DNA of 62,791 nucleotides, filler included, from Aduncisulcus paluster (taxonomy: Eukaryota): the NCBI GenBank assembly GCA_024181965.1. It is 5 parts of 5 records of this genome, joined end to end, with 100 filler letters (N's around TTAATTAATTAA, not from the genome) between each part and the next. Parts side by side here need not be neighbours in the genome. Positions count along the whole stretch, not along the records: positions 1 to 14,385 come from BQXS01012563.1; 4 more parts are not named here. The stretch is one strand, 5' to 3'. Below the pieces are notes generated by a model. The model was not told the DNA's origin. It did not search any database and saw only the letters and a list, made by a program, of their open reading frames with translations. Position 1 is the first letter of the stretch. Each line of letters opens with the position of its first letter. This document shows, piece by piece, positions 1 to 11,823 of this stretch. Position numbers and translations under genes: made by a program.

Positions 1-253
1 GTATGAAAGGGATGCCGATGTTGATACGATATATGGATCCGTGTATTACTATTTCGGTGAGCAGGTAGAAGTGAAATGCACTGCATATGCCTCAAATATC
101 ATTGCCTTCTATATTTATTCGCCTGTGCCGAAAAGAAGCGTTGTGTCTAAATCGGAGGTAAGTGAAAGAGTTCGTGCTGCCAAAGCATCCGAGTTAAAGT
201 ATAGCAATATTGAAGGTTCAAAATTAATTGTTCCTGTCCGTGCAAGAAAGTAA
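1..253 (+). CDS. 3' end of a hypothetical protein (truncated by the window edge)
   Basis: Open frame from the window edge to TAA at 251-253; no recognisable motif. Confidence 0.3.
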   Translation, partial: YERDADVDTIYGSVYYYFGEQVEVKCTAYASNIIAFYIYSPVPKRSVVSKSEVSERVRAAKASELKYSNIEGSKLIVPVRARK

Positions 254-764
254 ATTTTATGCAGTAATTGTTTATTTTTTACAAGTCACATTTTCGGAGG
301 GAAAATAAATTATCATCATCTAATTTGGCGATTAAAGTTATTAACATGACAATAAAACTCCTTAAGCTGGTATTCTTGATTATAAAAATGCTCTTCAATA
401 TGTTTAGCATGAATTACCACGATAAACTATATAATGTGTTATGTATCTAAACAATGCTATTGGTATTTATTTTATATTGTGGTGGTAAATTGTGAGATTA
501 TTTGGTCTGTTCTCATGAAAATGTACAACTTAAAAATTTCAAATTTTATGTGGTAAAACATATTATTTTATTTGTTGTACATTATGTACAACACGACTTT
601 TTTCCACATGTAAAAGAATAGTATTACAATTGATAGTGCATATGTTGTACATCATGTTGTACATATGTTTTACCGTTCAAAAGTGGAGAAGATGTCATAC
701 GCATTTATTTAAGTGTACTACCATTATTCGGAACGACTGTGAGCTCTTTTCAGCTGAGGAACAG

Positions 765-806
765 TGTTGGAATAACACGGCTGTTACCAAAAGCAGACGT
801 TTTATT
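765..806 (-). repeat. LTR 3' (U5) end fragment; second copy at 33394-33436
   Basis: TGTTGGAATAACACGGCTGTTACCAAAAGCAGACGTTTTATT is nearly identical to 33394-33436; on the minus strand it reads AATAAA...AACA. Confidence 0.55.
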
Positions 807-828
807 GATCTCTTCAACGGTTAATTAT

Positions 829-1677
829 CAGTGTGTCTCACATCTCGAAGAAGAAATTTGAAATAAATAAATAGCGATAAATTAGGATTTTATTGAACCT
901 TTGCCCCATGAATTTGTATATAATCCTTTTATCATGTTTCGAGCCGGATTTATATTTATCAAGAAGCAGGGAATAGGGTGGTGGGGGTCGACTTTCTAAC
1001 TGCTTATTTACAATCTTTATGAGACTTTCTTGTTGGATTCTATAACTTGAAGCTCTTGAAAACGAAATTGGTGTATTCTTGCTGGATAATTTTGAATCAT
1101 TTCGCAAATATCAGGTGTTAATAACTTTGAAATGATGCCCACGGAAATGCCTAATGAATCACATCTTTCTACCAACTTTTCATGAATGTTTCTTAATTGG
1201 GCTGATAATAAATGTTGATTGAAATATTCAATAAATTTTTCGGAATGTTTCTTTGTTTGTATATGTTTTGCTATAACTCGGGGATTGTGGGTATATGATT
1301 GCTCACAGCATTTACAATAAATTTTTAGTCCGTCTTTAAGGGATAATTCTTTCTTAAAATCTTGATATAAATGTTTTTTAAGTGTCGAAAAAAAGACCAT
1401 ACTTGATGATAGTTTCGGATTGTATATAGCATCGTGGACAGTACGTTTTTCTATTTTTTCTTTTAAAATTAATTCAATTAATTCACTTTCTAAATTAATT
1501 AGCCTCAATTCTCTGAAATACAAAGTCCGATATGATTTAGGTAAGGTCAGTAACATGTATTTATATCGTTCAATTATTTTGTTATTATTATCTTTTTATT
1601 AAATTTTGCTTGTTCTTATTTTGATTTTATTTGTAATTCTCATTTTTTGCAAATGTCAAAAATGATGAGACACACTG
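829..1677 (-). mobile_element. Internally deleted hAT-like DNA transposon
   Basis: 12-bp TIRs CAGTGTGTCTCA (829-840) and TGAGACACACTG (1666-1677); near-TSD GTTAATTAT/GTTATTAT; ORFs 1017-1556 (CxxC..H..H zinc finger) and 838-1107 (PPYSLLLDK) resemble the N-terminal part of the 8927-11343 transposase (PPYSIIIDK). Confidence 0.75.
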
Positions 1678-1987
1678 GTTATTATTATTAATATTAATAA
1701 TTATTTCAATTTCAAAACATTTCCGAAGATCATATTTTGTTGGGATTGATTTGATTTGTCGACCCGTAGATATTTTTATTCACGATTAACAATTTGAAAG
1801 TTTTTGTGTTTCTTTACAGTCTACTTTTTGCCTTTCTTCGCGCATTCTTTTATTCTCAAACAAGTAAATTTGCTCCACAAACATTATAAAGGTTATAAAA
1901 CCAACAATAATATTATTGTTATGCCAAGCCCCACTACTAATATTACTACTTCTCGTTCTGAGATCCCAACCTTAAAGAAGTATTCTC

Positions 1988-3299
1988 CAAGGCCTGACAC
2001 TCGAGGGGATTTTCATCTGACAATAAGGGGGTAGGTGAAGGGGGTAAAACAAATTCTTGGAGGGGTTTCAAAAGGGGGTAAATTGTCAAAGTGATTATTA
2101 TTTTAAACTGTGTTTTGTTGTTTATTAGTTTAAGTTAAACATCAATGCAGAAAGAACGAATGCATTACTTGTCTCAAGAGATTCACGTTGAGGAGAGTAA
2201 ATAAAACTAAAACGTGAGAAAAATCTCTCAACATCAGCACCTGAACATGGGACACTCAATACCTTCAAACAAACTCCTCTAATAATATCAAACTTCTTCT
2301 CATCAAAGAAAGTTGCCGCAATAGTCTCGATTTTAGAATGAATCAACTTGATTTCTTTCTGCCTTTTCTTTTCTTCGCCTTTATCAGTGAGTTCAGCAGC
2401 TTTTATCATTCTTTCATACTTGTCAACCATAATTGCCAGGGTTTTTTTCTTAGTAATTAATGCACAGACATCAAACTGAATAAATTCTTTGGCTTCTGGG
2501 CAACCATGTTGTTCAAGTAATTTCACATACTTCTCTTCTTCTTCAATTTTACCAAGTGGATGGATGATCATTGCCTGTTTATACTTTTCCAGAGAATTTT
2601 CAATTCTTTCCAGTCTTTCTTTGACATTAGGAGTTGGTTCATCTTCTACTTCAAGATCTCTGACATGGGAAATTAGAGCCACTACAGATCTTTCCATTGA
2701 AACGATGCAATTTCCTTCGGCAGCCAGAATTGCTCTTTCGAAATACAGAAAATAATCTCTGACGAAATCAATCATGGGATTAATAAACCCCGGATTCTGG
2801 AAGAATTGGAGAGCTTGATCAGCTTCAAGTGTTCCAATATCCTCCAACAGCTCTCTATATGATTTTCTCTCATCCACAAGCATCTTGATAGTTCTCAACC
2901 TATCAATCCATCTTGTCCAACAAACATGAACCATTTTTAGACCTTTCTCGTGAACATTACGTTCTTTGTATTTAAGGGCTTTTGCAACAGAAATAACAAA
3001 ACTTTTAGCCGATGAGTACCAGTATTTCAAAAGATCATCCATCAAAAGATTAATTTGATGGCACAAACACCAACAACTTTCCTTTCCCCAACCTTCAGAG
3101 AGCAATTCTCTGGCACATGCCAACATCATGGCTGAAGAACTCTTAAAAATGAAGAAATTTGAGGGGAAAATATCTCAAAAAATGGAGGAAAATCGTATCA
3201 TTTTTTTGATGTATAAGGGGGTAAATATCGTATTTTCGAGGGGGTTACCCCCCCAAAAGGGGGTTCAGGAGGGGGTACCCCCTCGAGTGTCAGGCCTTG
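1988..3299 (-). mobile_element. hAT DNA transposon (internally deleted)
   Basis: Perfect 21-bp TIRs CAAGGCCTGACACTCGAGGGG; 8-bp TSD GTATTCTC (1980-1987 and 3300-3307). Confidence 0.95.
2125..3129 (-). CDS. hAT transposase, C-terminal half
   Basis: CxxH (CLCHQINL), TRW and PCSGADVERFFS motifs; N-terminal domains missing. Confidence 0.85.
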   Translation of the reverse strand: MMLACARELLSEGWGKESCWCLCHQINLLMDDLLKYWYSSAKSFVISVAKALKYKERNVHEKGLKMVHVCWTRWIDRLRTIKMLVDERKSYRELLEDIGTLEADQALQFFQNPGFINPMIDFVRDYFLYFERAILAAEGNCIVSMERSVVALISHVRDLEVEDEPTPNVKERLERIENSLEKYKQAMIIHPLGKIEEEEKYVKLLEQHGCPEAKEFIQFDVCALITKKKTLAIMVDKYERMIKAAELTDKGEEKKRQKEIKLIHSKIETIAATFFDEKKFDIIRGVCLKVLSVPCSGADVERFFSRFSFIYSPQRESLETSNAFVLSALMFNLN

Positions 3300-3863
3300 G
3301 TATTCTCTGAAGAATNNNNNNNNNNNNNNNNNNNNCTGGCACATGCCAACATCATGGCTGAAGAACTCTTAAAAATGAAGAAATTTGAGGGGAAAATATC
3401 TCAAAAAATGGAGGAAAATCGTATCATTTTTTTGATGTATAAGGGGGTAAATATCGTATTTTCGAGGGGGTTACCCCCCCAAAAGGGGGTTCAGGAGGGG
3501 GTACCCCCTCGAGTGTCAGGCCTTGGTATTCTCTGAAGAATCTCACCGAATTTTTTACTCGTTATGATGCCTATAAAGCTGACCCTGCCGTCACCAAACC
3601 GACTCAATGGCATCGACTTTTCGATCCCCCGCTTTTGTCACACTGCAACTGGTGACTGATACTAAGACAATCTCTAATGAGATTGAACTGGCCGAATTCA
3701 AGAAAAGGCTCGTTGAGTTAGATGCTCCTACTTCCTCTTTCGACTTGCATACGGAACTCTCATTGATCCAGCATGGATCATGATATGTCGATTACTTCTT
3801 TCGTAAATTACGTGTCTGCCTTTAAAGCGGTGGTTTTTCTTTCTCTCTGTGGGGTCGAGGTGA

Positions 3864-4444
3864 TCATAGTGCCACTTTTTTTTCACTAAATCCCTCAAAA
3901 CTCACTCGATCATCCCTCACTTCTTCAATGATTTCCAAAAGTTCCTGAAACTCAACATGTGTTACTGATACGGCTTCCAATAATTCAGTAGAATCTTTTG
4001 TATCCATTTCAGGACTAACTCGAATCTGTAACCTTTGAGGCTGTAATCCACTTATAAACCTCTTCAAAATTTCCTTATCTGAGCCAAAATCAGGAGTGGC
4101 ATCAATCAGTTATTTAAAACTCACTACATACTCCAAAAACGTTTCCATTGTAACCGGAGTTTTCATCGTTAGCTTCCTTTATTCGTCATAAAGAGCTATT
4201 GTTGAGGAACGGGCATACACCTTATTAACTAACTGTAATAACTTTTTAGCATTTTTTTCGTCCAATAAAGCCGATCAATCTCGACACCTTCCTGAGTACT
4301 ACTCATAGTAAATGCTTTGACAGGCTCCAGTAGCAGTGATTTACATTTAAATGGTCTTTCTAAACATACGCACCCTGTAATAAATTTAGGCGCTATTGAT
4401 GACAAATATGGCTGTGATGTTTCCGAATATCTTCTAGAGATCAT
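3864..4444 (-). pseudogene. Gypsy-type gag remnant
   Basis: Frame-broken; segments (SSIALYD, FLEYVVSFK, KRFISGL) parallel the gag at 59392. Confidence 0.55.
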
Positions 4445-4833
4445 TGTAATGTCAAGAAGCAAGAGATTTTTTTTGCTCCGTACTACGGCCAAAAAATAAA
4501 TTTTTTGGTTTCGATTTCTGGAAATTTTGTCTTTCCACATTTTATGAATATGACAATAATTATGGAAAATAAATTTACAAATAATATGCGGCAATCTATT
4601 TTTTATTCATATTCGTGAATATTATCTTTGTATCTGTATTTGATAAAAGAGTTTTTTTTTTTTTCTTTTTTTTTCTTTGCCAATTGCCAGCGGGGTTGGA
4701 TTCCGTACAAGCAATGCAGAGGTTGGTGGTATCGATTCCTCCTTCGTCTTCCAATACCAGGAGGATCCTTTCTTCGCCTTTTCATTGAGGGCTATCAGTT
4801 TTGTTTTGGATATGTTCATGTGAAGACCGAGTT

Positions 4834-5284
4834 TCATGATGTCGTACCCGAACTTCTTAGCAGCGTCAATGTGAGGTTCTCTGGGTCTGGGCCTATTATC
4901 AACGCGTCATCTGCAAAGCAGAACATAGGCCTTATTTCCAGTTCCCTCTGGTCGAGCCACTCACTCACTTGCACTCGTTTCTCACATTCTTTCATTTCCT
5001 TGCTAAGAGTTATCGCGAATATTATCGATGACATTGGGTCACCCTGAACAACTCCTGATGTAACTTCTTTCAGGTGGGCCGTACCCTTGTCGTAATAAAC
5101 AGCCTGCGTCTGTTTCATAGCGTTGTTTGTGTAGTGTTTGATCGTATTGGGGAGTTCCCACTCCTCCATTGCTTTGGCAACATGTTCTTGAGAGACTGAA
5201 GAAAAAGCCTTGGCGTTTCCTTGCGAAGATTGTTACAGAATTGGCATATGGCGTATTGGAATGCAAACCACCATGACAAGAGGG
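4834..5284 (-). pseudogene. Non-LTR reverse transcriptase fragment
   Basis: KAFSSV, GVVQGDPMSSIIF and FADD motifs; interrupted upstream by a solo LTR. Confidence 0.8.
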
Positions 5285-5520
5285 TGTGGTGTTAAGTACT
5301 AATAAAAGCAAGAAACACCGGAAACCAACTATAGAAGGAAGCAAGTTTATTAGTTTGAAGAAGATCGGATTGATTCCATGAGAATCAATTACATGTGAAT
5401 CATGTCAAATAAAATATAAAATAAATATCATAAATAAACATAATCCAAATAAATAATAATAGAAAGAATTATTGTTATAGAAATATATATGCGATAAAAG
5501 TTTCAGGTGGGGTCACCACA
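5285..5520 (-). mobile_element. Solo LTR (236 bp)
   Basis: Termini TGTGGTG...CACCACA; 4-bp TSD AGGG (5281-5284 and 5521-5524); internal CAATCCGATC and AATAAACTTGC motifs on the minus strand. Confidence 0.85.
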
Positions 5521-5583
5521 AGGGAGTTGAATGCCATATTCCTCCATCTTCTTCTGGAAGTGTAGGGTTTGCTTCGTTGTGTA

Positions 5584-5937
5584 TCATTTTTCCCATGTCG
5601 GGGTCCATGCAAGTCCATTTCTCCCAAAGTTCGTAAACAATTCTTCAAAGTCTGAAGGGGGTTGATGTCGACGCATTTTGAGGTCTTCAGCTGAAGGACC
5701 TTGTCGAGCGAGGGCATTTGGAAGGACAATTCGTTTACACATTAAACGGATAAATTGAACGCATAATTGGGGTGTTATTCCAATGTATCGGTTGGGATGT
5801 GAATCCCATGTTCTTATATCTTCCAATACTGTAATTCTTATCCATAATGCGACCAAAACACGATATGCCGCAATGTGTTTACATTCATTGTAGTTGAGTT
5901 TATATTTTTGGGACTGATTATCTTTGCGGAAACACAT
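5584..5937 (-). pseudogene. Possible SWIM zinc-finger-containing TE fragment
   Basis: C...ECKHIAA motif only. Confidence 0.3.
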
Positions 5938-6339
5938 GCTAATACTTCTATAGTACAGTATAGAAAACTATCAGGAATGAAGAAGAAACGGATGATAACA
6001 AGGAAGAAGAAGAGTCAAAAGAAGAAGTACAAGCTCCTCAAGACGAGGAAGCACTATTATTGCTTCAACTAACAAGTATTCAAAATGATTCCGAGAACTC
6101 CGCCGCAAAGCAGTTTACATGGGACAGCAAAAGATCCGAAAGTGACGATTTTCGGAACTCTTCCCCAACCTGAGCCAAGCCTAGAGCAACTAGTTACACA
6201 ACAGCAATAAACAGATCGATGCCCTAACCAAAAGTATGAGTTAATTCGGAAAATAAATTAGTAAAGGCCATTGGCGCTTCAACTTTACGCACAAAACTGT
6301 CTCCTTTCATGTCAGATGACGACATTTCTCGACTAGCGT

Positions 6340-7122
6340 ATCTGCATATAGGCACTCTTCAAATCCAATTTCGCAAATATATTCTTTCCAATAAACTGAG
6401 AGTTGCAAAATATATCGTCTAACCTTGGCATATGAAACTTATTTCCCTTAATCTGTTTAGAGGTTTACAATTTATGCAAACCCTTCCAGGTGAGTCTGGT
6501 TTAGGCGCAACCGTTACATTAGACGAAAATTCAGATGTGGATGGTCTAATCTTGCCTTGGGCCAACCATTCCTTAATTTGATTATTAATAACGGTCGTTT
6601 TTTCCAGCGAATGGTGTCTGTGGTCAGCCATGTAAATATAGTCGGGATCTCTCAACTCAAATGAGACAGGAGTCACCTTAGCAAACTCATCCGGCTTGAT
6701 CCGACCCTTATAACTCATCAACAATCGCTCAACCTTCATTCTTCCCTCATCCGACAATGTATCAAAAGAGTCAGGCATCAAATCCTCCTGGAGGTGGATC
6801 AGACTTGCTCCTCGCAGGGAGGAGTTCTTCCCTAATGAACGCTTGCTCAGTTACAATATCGTGATTCTGATTGATCATAGATCATCATCATGAGCTTATC
6901 AATCCCACCCATGAGAGAAGTTATTTGTTCTTGCTGTTTTTGAACAACTTTCGAAAGATCTTCGGGGGAGACATAGTTTGTTTTAATAAAACATGATCCA
7001 TTTGATCACTTTTATCTGGAAGTATCGGTGTATCGTCCCGATCGACGGAAGGTATTTTGTCAGAGTGAAAAACCGGCATAAAATTTGAAAATGTAAGAAA
7101 CTTTTACAATAATTATTGTAAA
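6340..7122 (-). mobile_element. Deleted Ty3/Gypsy element (gag start plus N-terminal RT fragment)
   Basis: ORF 6419-6781: GKIRPSTSEFSSNVTVAPKPD..GRVCIN..PLN; gag-like start near 7079; LTR-end motif and palindrome at 7103-7165. Confidence 0.75.
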
Positions 7123-7350
7123 TTAATACAAACAAAAGTTTAAAAACTAGGCTCGACAAATTTACTGATTATTTCCACATAATAAATCATTGGTAATCTA
7201 TTTAATTACCAACATTACCATCATGGTACATGATGTAGGCAAGTGTTGTATAAAAATAATAAATCTTGCCCACCAAACAAACTTTTGGATTAATTCCGAA
7301 ACAGTAATATTAGTGAGGTTATATAATTTTTAAAAAATGAGCACAATAAA

Positions 7351-7375
7351 GCGTTTCCATTTTTTGGAAATGTGA
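7351..7375 (+). repeat. Orphan copy of the left terminus of the 8927-11343 hAT family
   Basis: GCGTTTCCATTTTTTGGAAATGTGA resembles GAGTTCCATTTTTTGGGAATGTGA at 8931-8954. Confidence 0.4.
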
Positions 7376-7443
7376 TTCTTGGAATATGAAATGATTCTAC
7401 AATAAATAAATAAATCGTAGTATTTAAATAAAATATTAATAGG

Positions 7444-7695
7444 TGCGTTACGCAACTACAAAGTAAATTCGAAACAAAAGCAGTGGTTTCGAATAAATCA
7501 TGTTATATTCGAAACAACCTTGTTGTTCCAATAAAACCGCGGTTGTTCCAGAACTTCCCAGTGGTTTCGAAACCACCGGATAGTTTCGAAACAGGTCTGT
7601 TTTATTCGAATGTTGCGATGCTACCGGCATTATCGCCACCTACCGGTGATATTTTATTTTAATAAATTTGCTAGCCGTCTTCCATAAGGAAGTCA
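7444..7695 (+). repeat. Putative 5' LTR of the Gypsy element (left boundary uncertain)
   Basis: Multiple TTCGAA repeats; AATAAATTTGCTAGCC (7661-7676, identical copy on the minus strand near 24802-24817); ends GTCA before a 20-bp palindrome; GTTTCGAAACAGGTC also occurs inverted at 35463-35477. Confidence 0.55.
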
Positions 7696-7832
7696 ATAAT
7701 AATATTATTATTGTTATACCCATACTTTTCAAAATTTTTTCCTTTTATAAAAACTTTGAAAATACTGCTTTCTAAGCGAACCCATATTTTTCTATTTTAT
7801 TACTAGTAATCTCCAACTTATTTTCATTTATC

Positions 7833-8926
7833 ATGCCTACCCACAAGAATTACAAACGTAAGGGTGTAAGGATAGTTGATGAAATTTTCGAAATACCACG
7901 TATTGAATCGTTGTATGAATCCCAAAAGAAAACCGACAAGTCTGTCCAGATGCTCACCAAATTGGTTGAAGATCAACAACAGAGCTTGCACATTTTGGCT
8001 CGCGCTATCGAGAATCTTGCTACTAAGCTAGATACTGTTTCATCTGTTACTAAACCGACTGCTACGCTCGAAGAACATGATTCAGTTAATCCTAATGAAC
8101 CAAATCCAAATCCATCCGCTAAAGAAGAGAGTTCTCTTCAATTTGACGACCTTTTATCCTCATCTGATGTAATTGATGATGAAAAAGCACAACCCAAGGT
8201 GAAGATAATAAGCGACGCCGGGACTCGAACCCGAGACCAACCTGTTGAGCCAAAAATAGATTTCTCCAGTGGTGGTGAGAAAGTTTGTCCGGCTGAAACC
8301 GGTAAAAAAGTGTTTGATAAAGATCGTTTCCTGTCACCTTATGCACCTTATGAACTCAAGTTTCCTGTCAGTATTGGTCATAACAACCATGAGCCATCCC
8401 CTCCTCCTGATGTGGCAATGGCCCGCAAGGCGACTACTCCAGGACTCCTACAGTACCGTGAAACTCCCCAGGTGCACTACTCAACCTCTGACGTGGGAAA
8501 ACCCCCAATTCTCGAAACTCTAGATGCAAAGTCGTATGAAGTATTCATTTCAAGATACAAGGCATATGAAAGCAGAGGGGGAACCCGTCCGATCCACTGC
8601 TGTATTAGTGATAGTGTATCAAGGCTTATTATTTCGTATTATCCGGACTCAAAGGAACCTGTGATCGATTTAATAAGAAAAGAAGTGGCTCCGTCAACTT
8701 TATCTCAGTTTATGACACGTTTAAAGTCATTTAAATTATCTTACGATGATTCAATGAACTCTTTACACAAGTATAACCTCCTCTTCTTTCAGCTATCCGA
8801 TGCTGCTCCTTTGTTGGCTGAGAAATATCAGAAATCCATGTGCAGACAGTATATCGACGGCATTCCAATCCTTAAGATCAAATCTGGGATACAGCCTCTT
8901 CTCGATTGTGATGACTGCTCACTAAG
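7833..8926 (+). CDS. Gag, N-terminal part (interrupted by hAT)
   Basis: PPILETLDAKSYEVFISRYKAYESRGG motif; frame continues at 11351 once the insertion and one TSD are removed. Confidence 0.8.
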
Positions 8927-11343
8927 CATGGAGTTCCATTTTTTGGGAATGTGAAATTGGCAAAGTAAATGAACAATCTATTATTATTTCTAAATTATAG
9001 TTTTCAATAAATATTTATTTTGTTATTGTTCGAATTATTTTTTGAATTATCAGCATTTCTTGATCTGATTGTTTATCACATTTCATTTTGTGCTGCTCTT
9101 TATATATTATTATTATTAGATGGTAAATATCACAATACTGTTATATAATCATCATTATTTATTCTTTTTAACTATTTAATCTTTGTCATTGAATTTTTTC
9201 ATACAATTCAGCATCAATGTTTCCATAGACTGATGACTTCTTAATTTATGATTATACCTGTGAACAATGCTGAAAAACCGTTCAACGGCAGCTCCGGAAA
9301 ATGGAATTGAACTAAAATATTTTTTCATTGGAATTAATGAATAGAATGATCTATCGAAGTCAATATGTGAGTTTTGTTGTATTGATTTATAATATCTATC
9401 CAACTGCAGCATTTGTTTTTTCGTATGTTGATAAATACTTCCTTTTATATTTTGTTTAAGAGTTTCCAAGTCGAATACTCTAGATTCTGACCAATTCTTT
9501 TCATCAAGTGAAATAGCGATGTAATAGAGTTTTAATGACTTAATTAATAATTTCAATGGAACGGTAAATGATTTTTTGGTGATTCTTGGAGTAGATGTCC
9601 ACTCATTACACATACGGCTTGCAAACTCGGAAATTGCACTATATCCATCATAACATGGCTGAGAATATTGTGAAGCTCTTATGGCTTTCAAACATATTGG
9701 AATAAAGCACGATATCATTATATCATTGAAGGATTTATAGGATTCACTTTCAAAAAATTCTATCGCGGATTGGCATTCTTCCGTTTGTTTAACAACTTTA
9801 ATTATGATATTATAATATAAGTCCCAATGTTGACAAATGTGTTTATAACATTCTAAGAGCGAAGACCATCTAATTGGAGTATAATTAATGAGGGGTAAAC
9901 CAAACTCTTTTGCGAGAGCCCTGGATTCCCTCTGATATTTATCAAATATACGTGATAAATTGCCCAATAAGTTGGGAATATCAGGGAAATAGAAGTCAAT
10001 GTATTGCTTAATTAAAATGTTAATCAAGTGAGATATACATGGGGTCCAAAAATCACCATAGGATTCTTCGACAAGTTCCTGACATATTTTCACCATTAAT
10101 GGCTCTCTATCACTAATAATTGTTGATATGTCATCTTTATGAATTCCGATATCATTAAATTCCTTAATTAACCTTTTTGACAAAACTTCGTGAGGGGGTG
10201 GTAAAATTCTTTTGATCCGTTCTTGGGAAAACGCTAATGAAGATTCTAAATTTGTAAGCAAAGATGATATAGTAGCATTGTAGTATTTTGAAGATTTTGG
10301 GAAGATTATGGGATATCTTCCAGTTGTTATCGTTCCTTCTTCATGTTGGGCAGAAATCAACATCTCGTTTTTGAATGCATCGACAAACAATTTATCTTTT
10401 AATTCTCCAACATTTACGTATCCGACCGAAAATGTTCCAATCTCATTGTGAATAATTATCGATAATGTGGTTTGTGTCAACCTTCATTCAATAAAATTAG
10501 CGATTATACAATATGGGTAATCCCGACGGTAACACAATTTATTATATTCTTTGATTTCCGGATCATCACCGGTCCGGCCGTGCCCTGCCGCCGCCAACAA
10601 TAATACAGACTTTCCATGGGAAATAGTCTTATCGATAATTATTGAATATGGTGGCCGTAAGGCCAATGAGCGTGCTTTCATCAGGGATATATGAGTTGAA
10701 TCTTTCGATTCTTTGTATAATGTTGACTTAATTAATTTCGTTGCGGGCGAAATCAATAATATATTTCTGCAATTCAATATCAAGGAAATCGCAGACGGCA
10801 CATATTGGGATTCCAGTCTTAATTGATTTATCTATTACCATTCTTCGAAATCTTCTTTTTCCTAATTGAATTTCTCTTATTATTGAATGCTGTGTCTGTT
10901 GGGCTGATTGGTGAAGTAAACTTAATATATGGAAGCATTGAAATTGGATATCATTTTTTATCTTTGTTTTACAACGATTACATTCGATAATTTCTTCTTT
11001 TGATGGATTAAAACTTAGTTTAATATCTTGAACGGCGAGATCAAGGGTGGATTCTTTTGACAAATCTTTTTTTCCGATAATCTTTCTATATTTCATCCAC
11101 AGTTTTTCTTTTTTCCCTTCTTTTTTAATAACCCAATCAAATATCCTTTTAATTGAATTGATCATTATTTCAATCATGATTTTTTTGATTCAGCAAAGTC
11201 AACACAAAATACATTCACATAGTAGATAATTGATGTGCTGACTGGAGTTTTTAATAACAATACACAAAAGAATACTCCAAGATATTAATATATATATTAT
11301 TTATTACCTATTTTGAAGCAGGTCAAAACTAGTGGAAACCTTG
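8927..11343 (-). mobile_element. hAT-like DNA transposon with a frameshifted transposase
   Basis: Imperfect TIRs CATGGAGTTCCA / TGGAAACCTTG; TSD CACTAAG (8920-8926 and 11344-11350); ORFs 10728-11177, 10484-10801 and 9176-10480. Confidence 0.9.
9176..11177 (-). pseudogene. hAT transposase
   Basis: Zinc finger CNRC..H..H; IIIDKT (first D), IISDRE (second D), PCISHLIN (CxxH), RWSS, PFSGAAVERFFS (E). Confidence 0.85.
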
Positions 11344-11823
11344 CACTAAGTAGTCTCGTTGTGGCCACGAAAATCAGGGTCAAGCACATTATCGATACTG
11401 GTTGGCGATGGAAAGGGAACAAACCGCAACAACAGTCTTCCAATAATCGCGATAGAACTCACAAGGGAAAGAAAACATCTTCGAAACCCTTACACTCATC
11501 AGACCCTAGCGATCCCAAACCATGTCCCTTTTGTCATAAAATGGGCCACACCCTGGAACAGTGCTGGAGTTATAAAAAACAACAACGTCTGAAGAAGATC
11601 TCATCAGGAACCACAACAGCTCGACGTCCTATAACTCTTGGGGCTTCGAAAGAAGATGGTTTTGTCCACTTTTCTGCCCTGATAGACACTGGTGCTTCTG
11701 CTAACTTTATTACTCCGGAGGCTTTAGCTCGTATTCCTCATGCGAAGGATCTCATCAAACCATGTCATGTGGTGGTATCCCATGGAGAGGATGCTAAATC
11801 AGTAGTTAACCAACAAATTACCT
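11344..11823 (+). CDS. Gag C-terminus (CCHC knuckle) plus aspartic protease
   Basis: CPFCHKMGHTLEQC; LIDTGASANF; apparent 1-nt indel near 11823 shifts into the pol frame. Confidence 0.85.

Larger units (their letters stand above)
1921..3850 (+). pseudogene. Gypsy-type gag remnant interrupted by a hAT insertion
   Basis: Removing 1988-3299 plus one TSD gives MPSPTT...IPTLKKYSLKNLTEFFTRYDAYK, matching the P.L.....F...Y..Y motif of the other gags in the window. Confidence 0.6.

Noticed and set aside
520..668. TGTTGTACA repeats and the inverted repeat at 573-593
   Set aside because: Probably subterminal or LTR-internal repeats; no boundaries or function supportable
3110..3541. Direct duplications flanking 20-N gaps (also near 38250, 39250, 42513, 51754 and 58239)
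   Set aside because: Typical unmerged contig overlaps or alleles in scaffolds; they create false repeats in the SCP, 42203 and NMD3 ORFs. Only the extra 39 nt at 51715-51753 was kept as a finding
7465..7612. TTCGAA repeat cluster as a CRISPR-like array
   Set aside because: Repeats are only 6-12 bp with irregular spacing, inside a putative LTR
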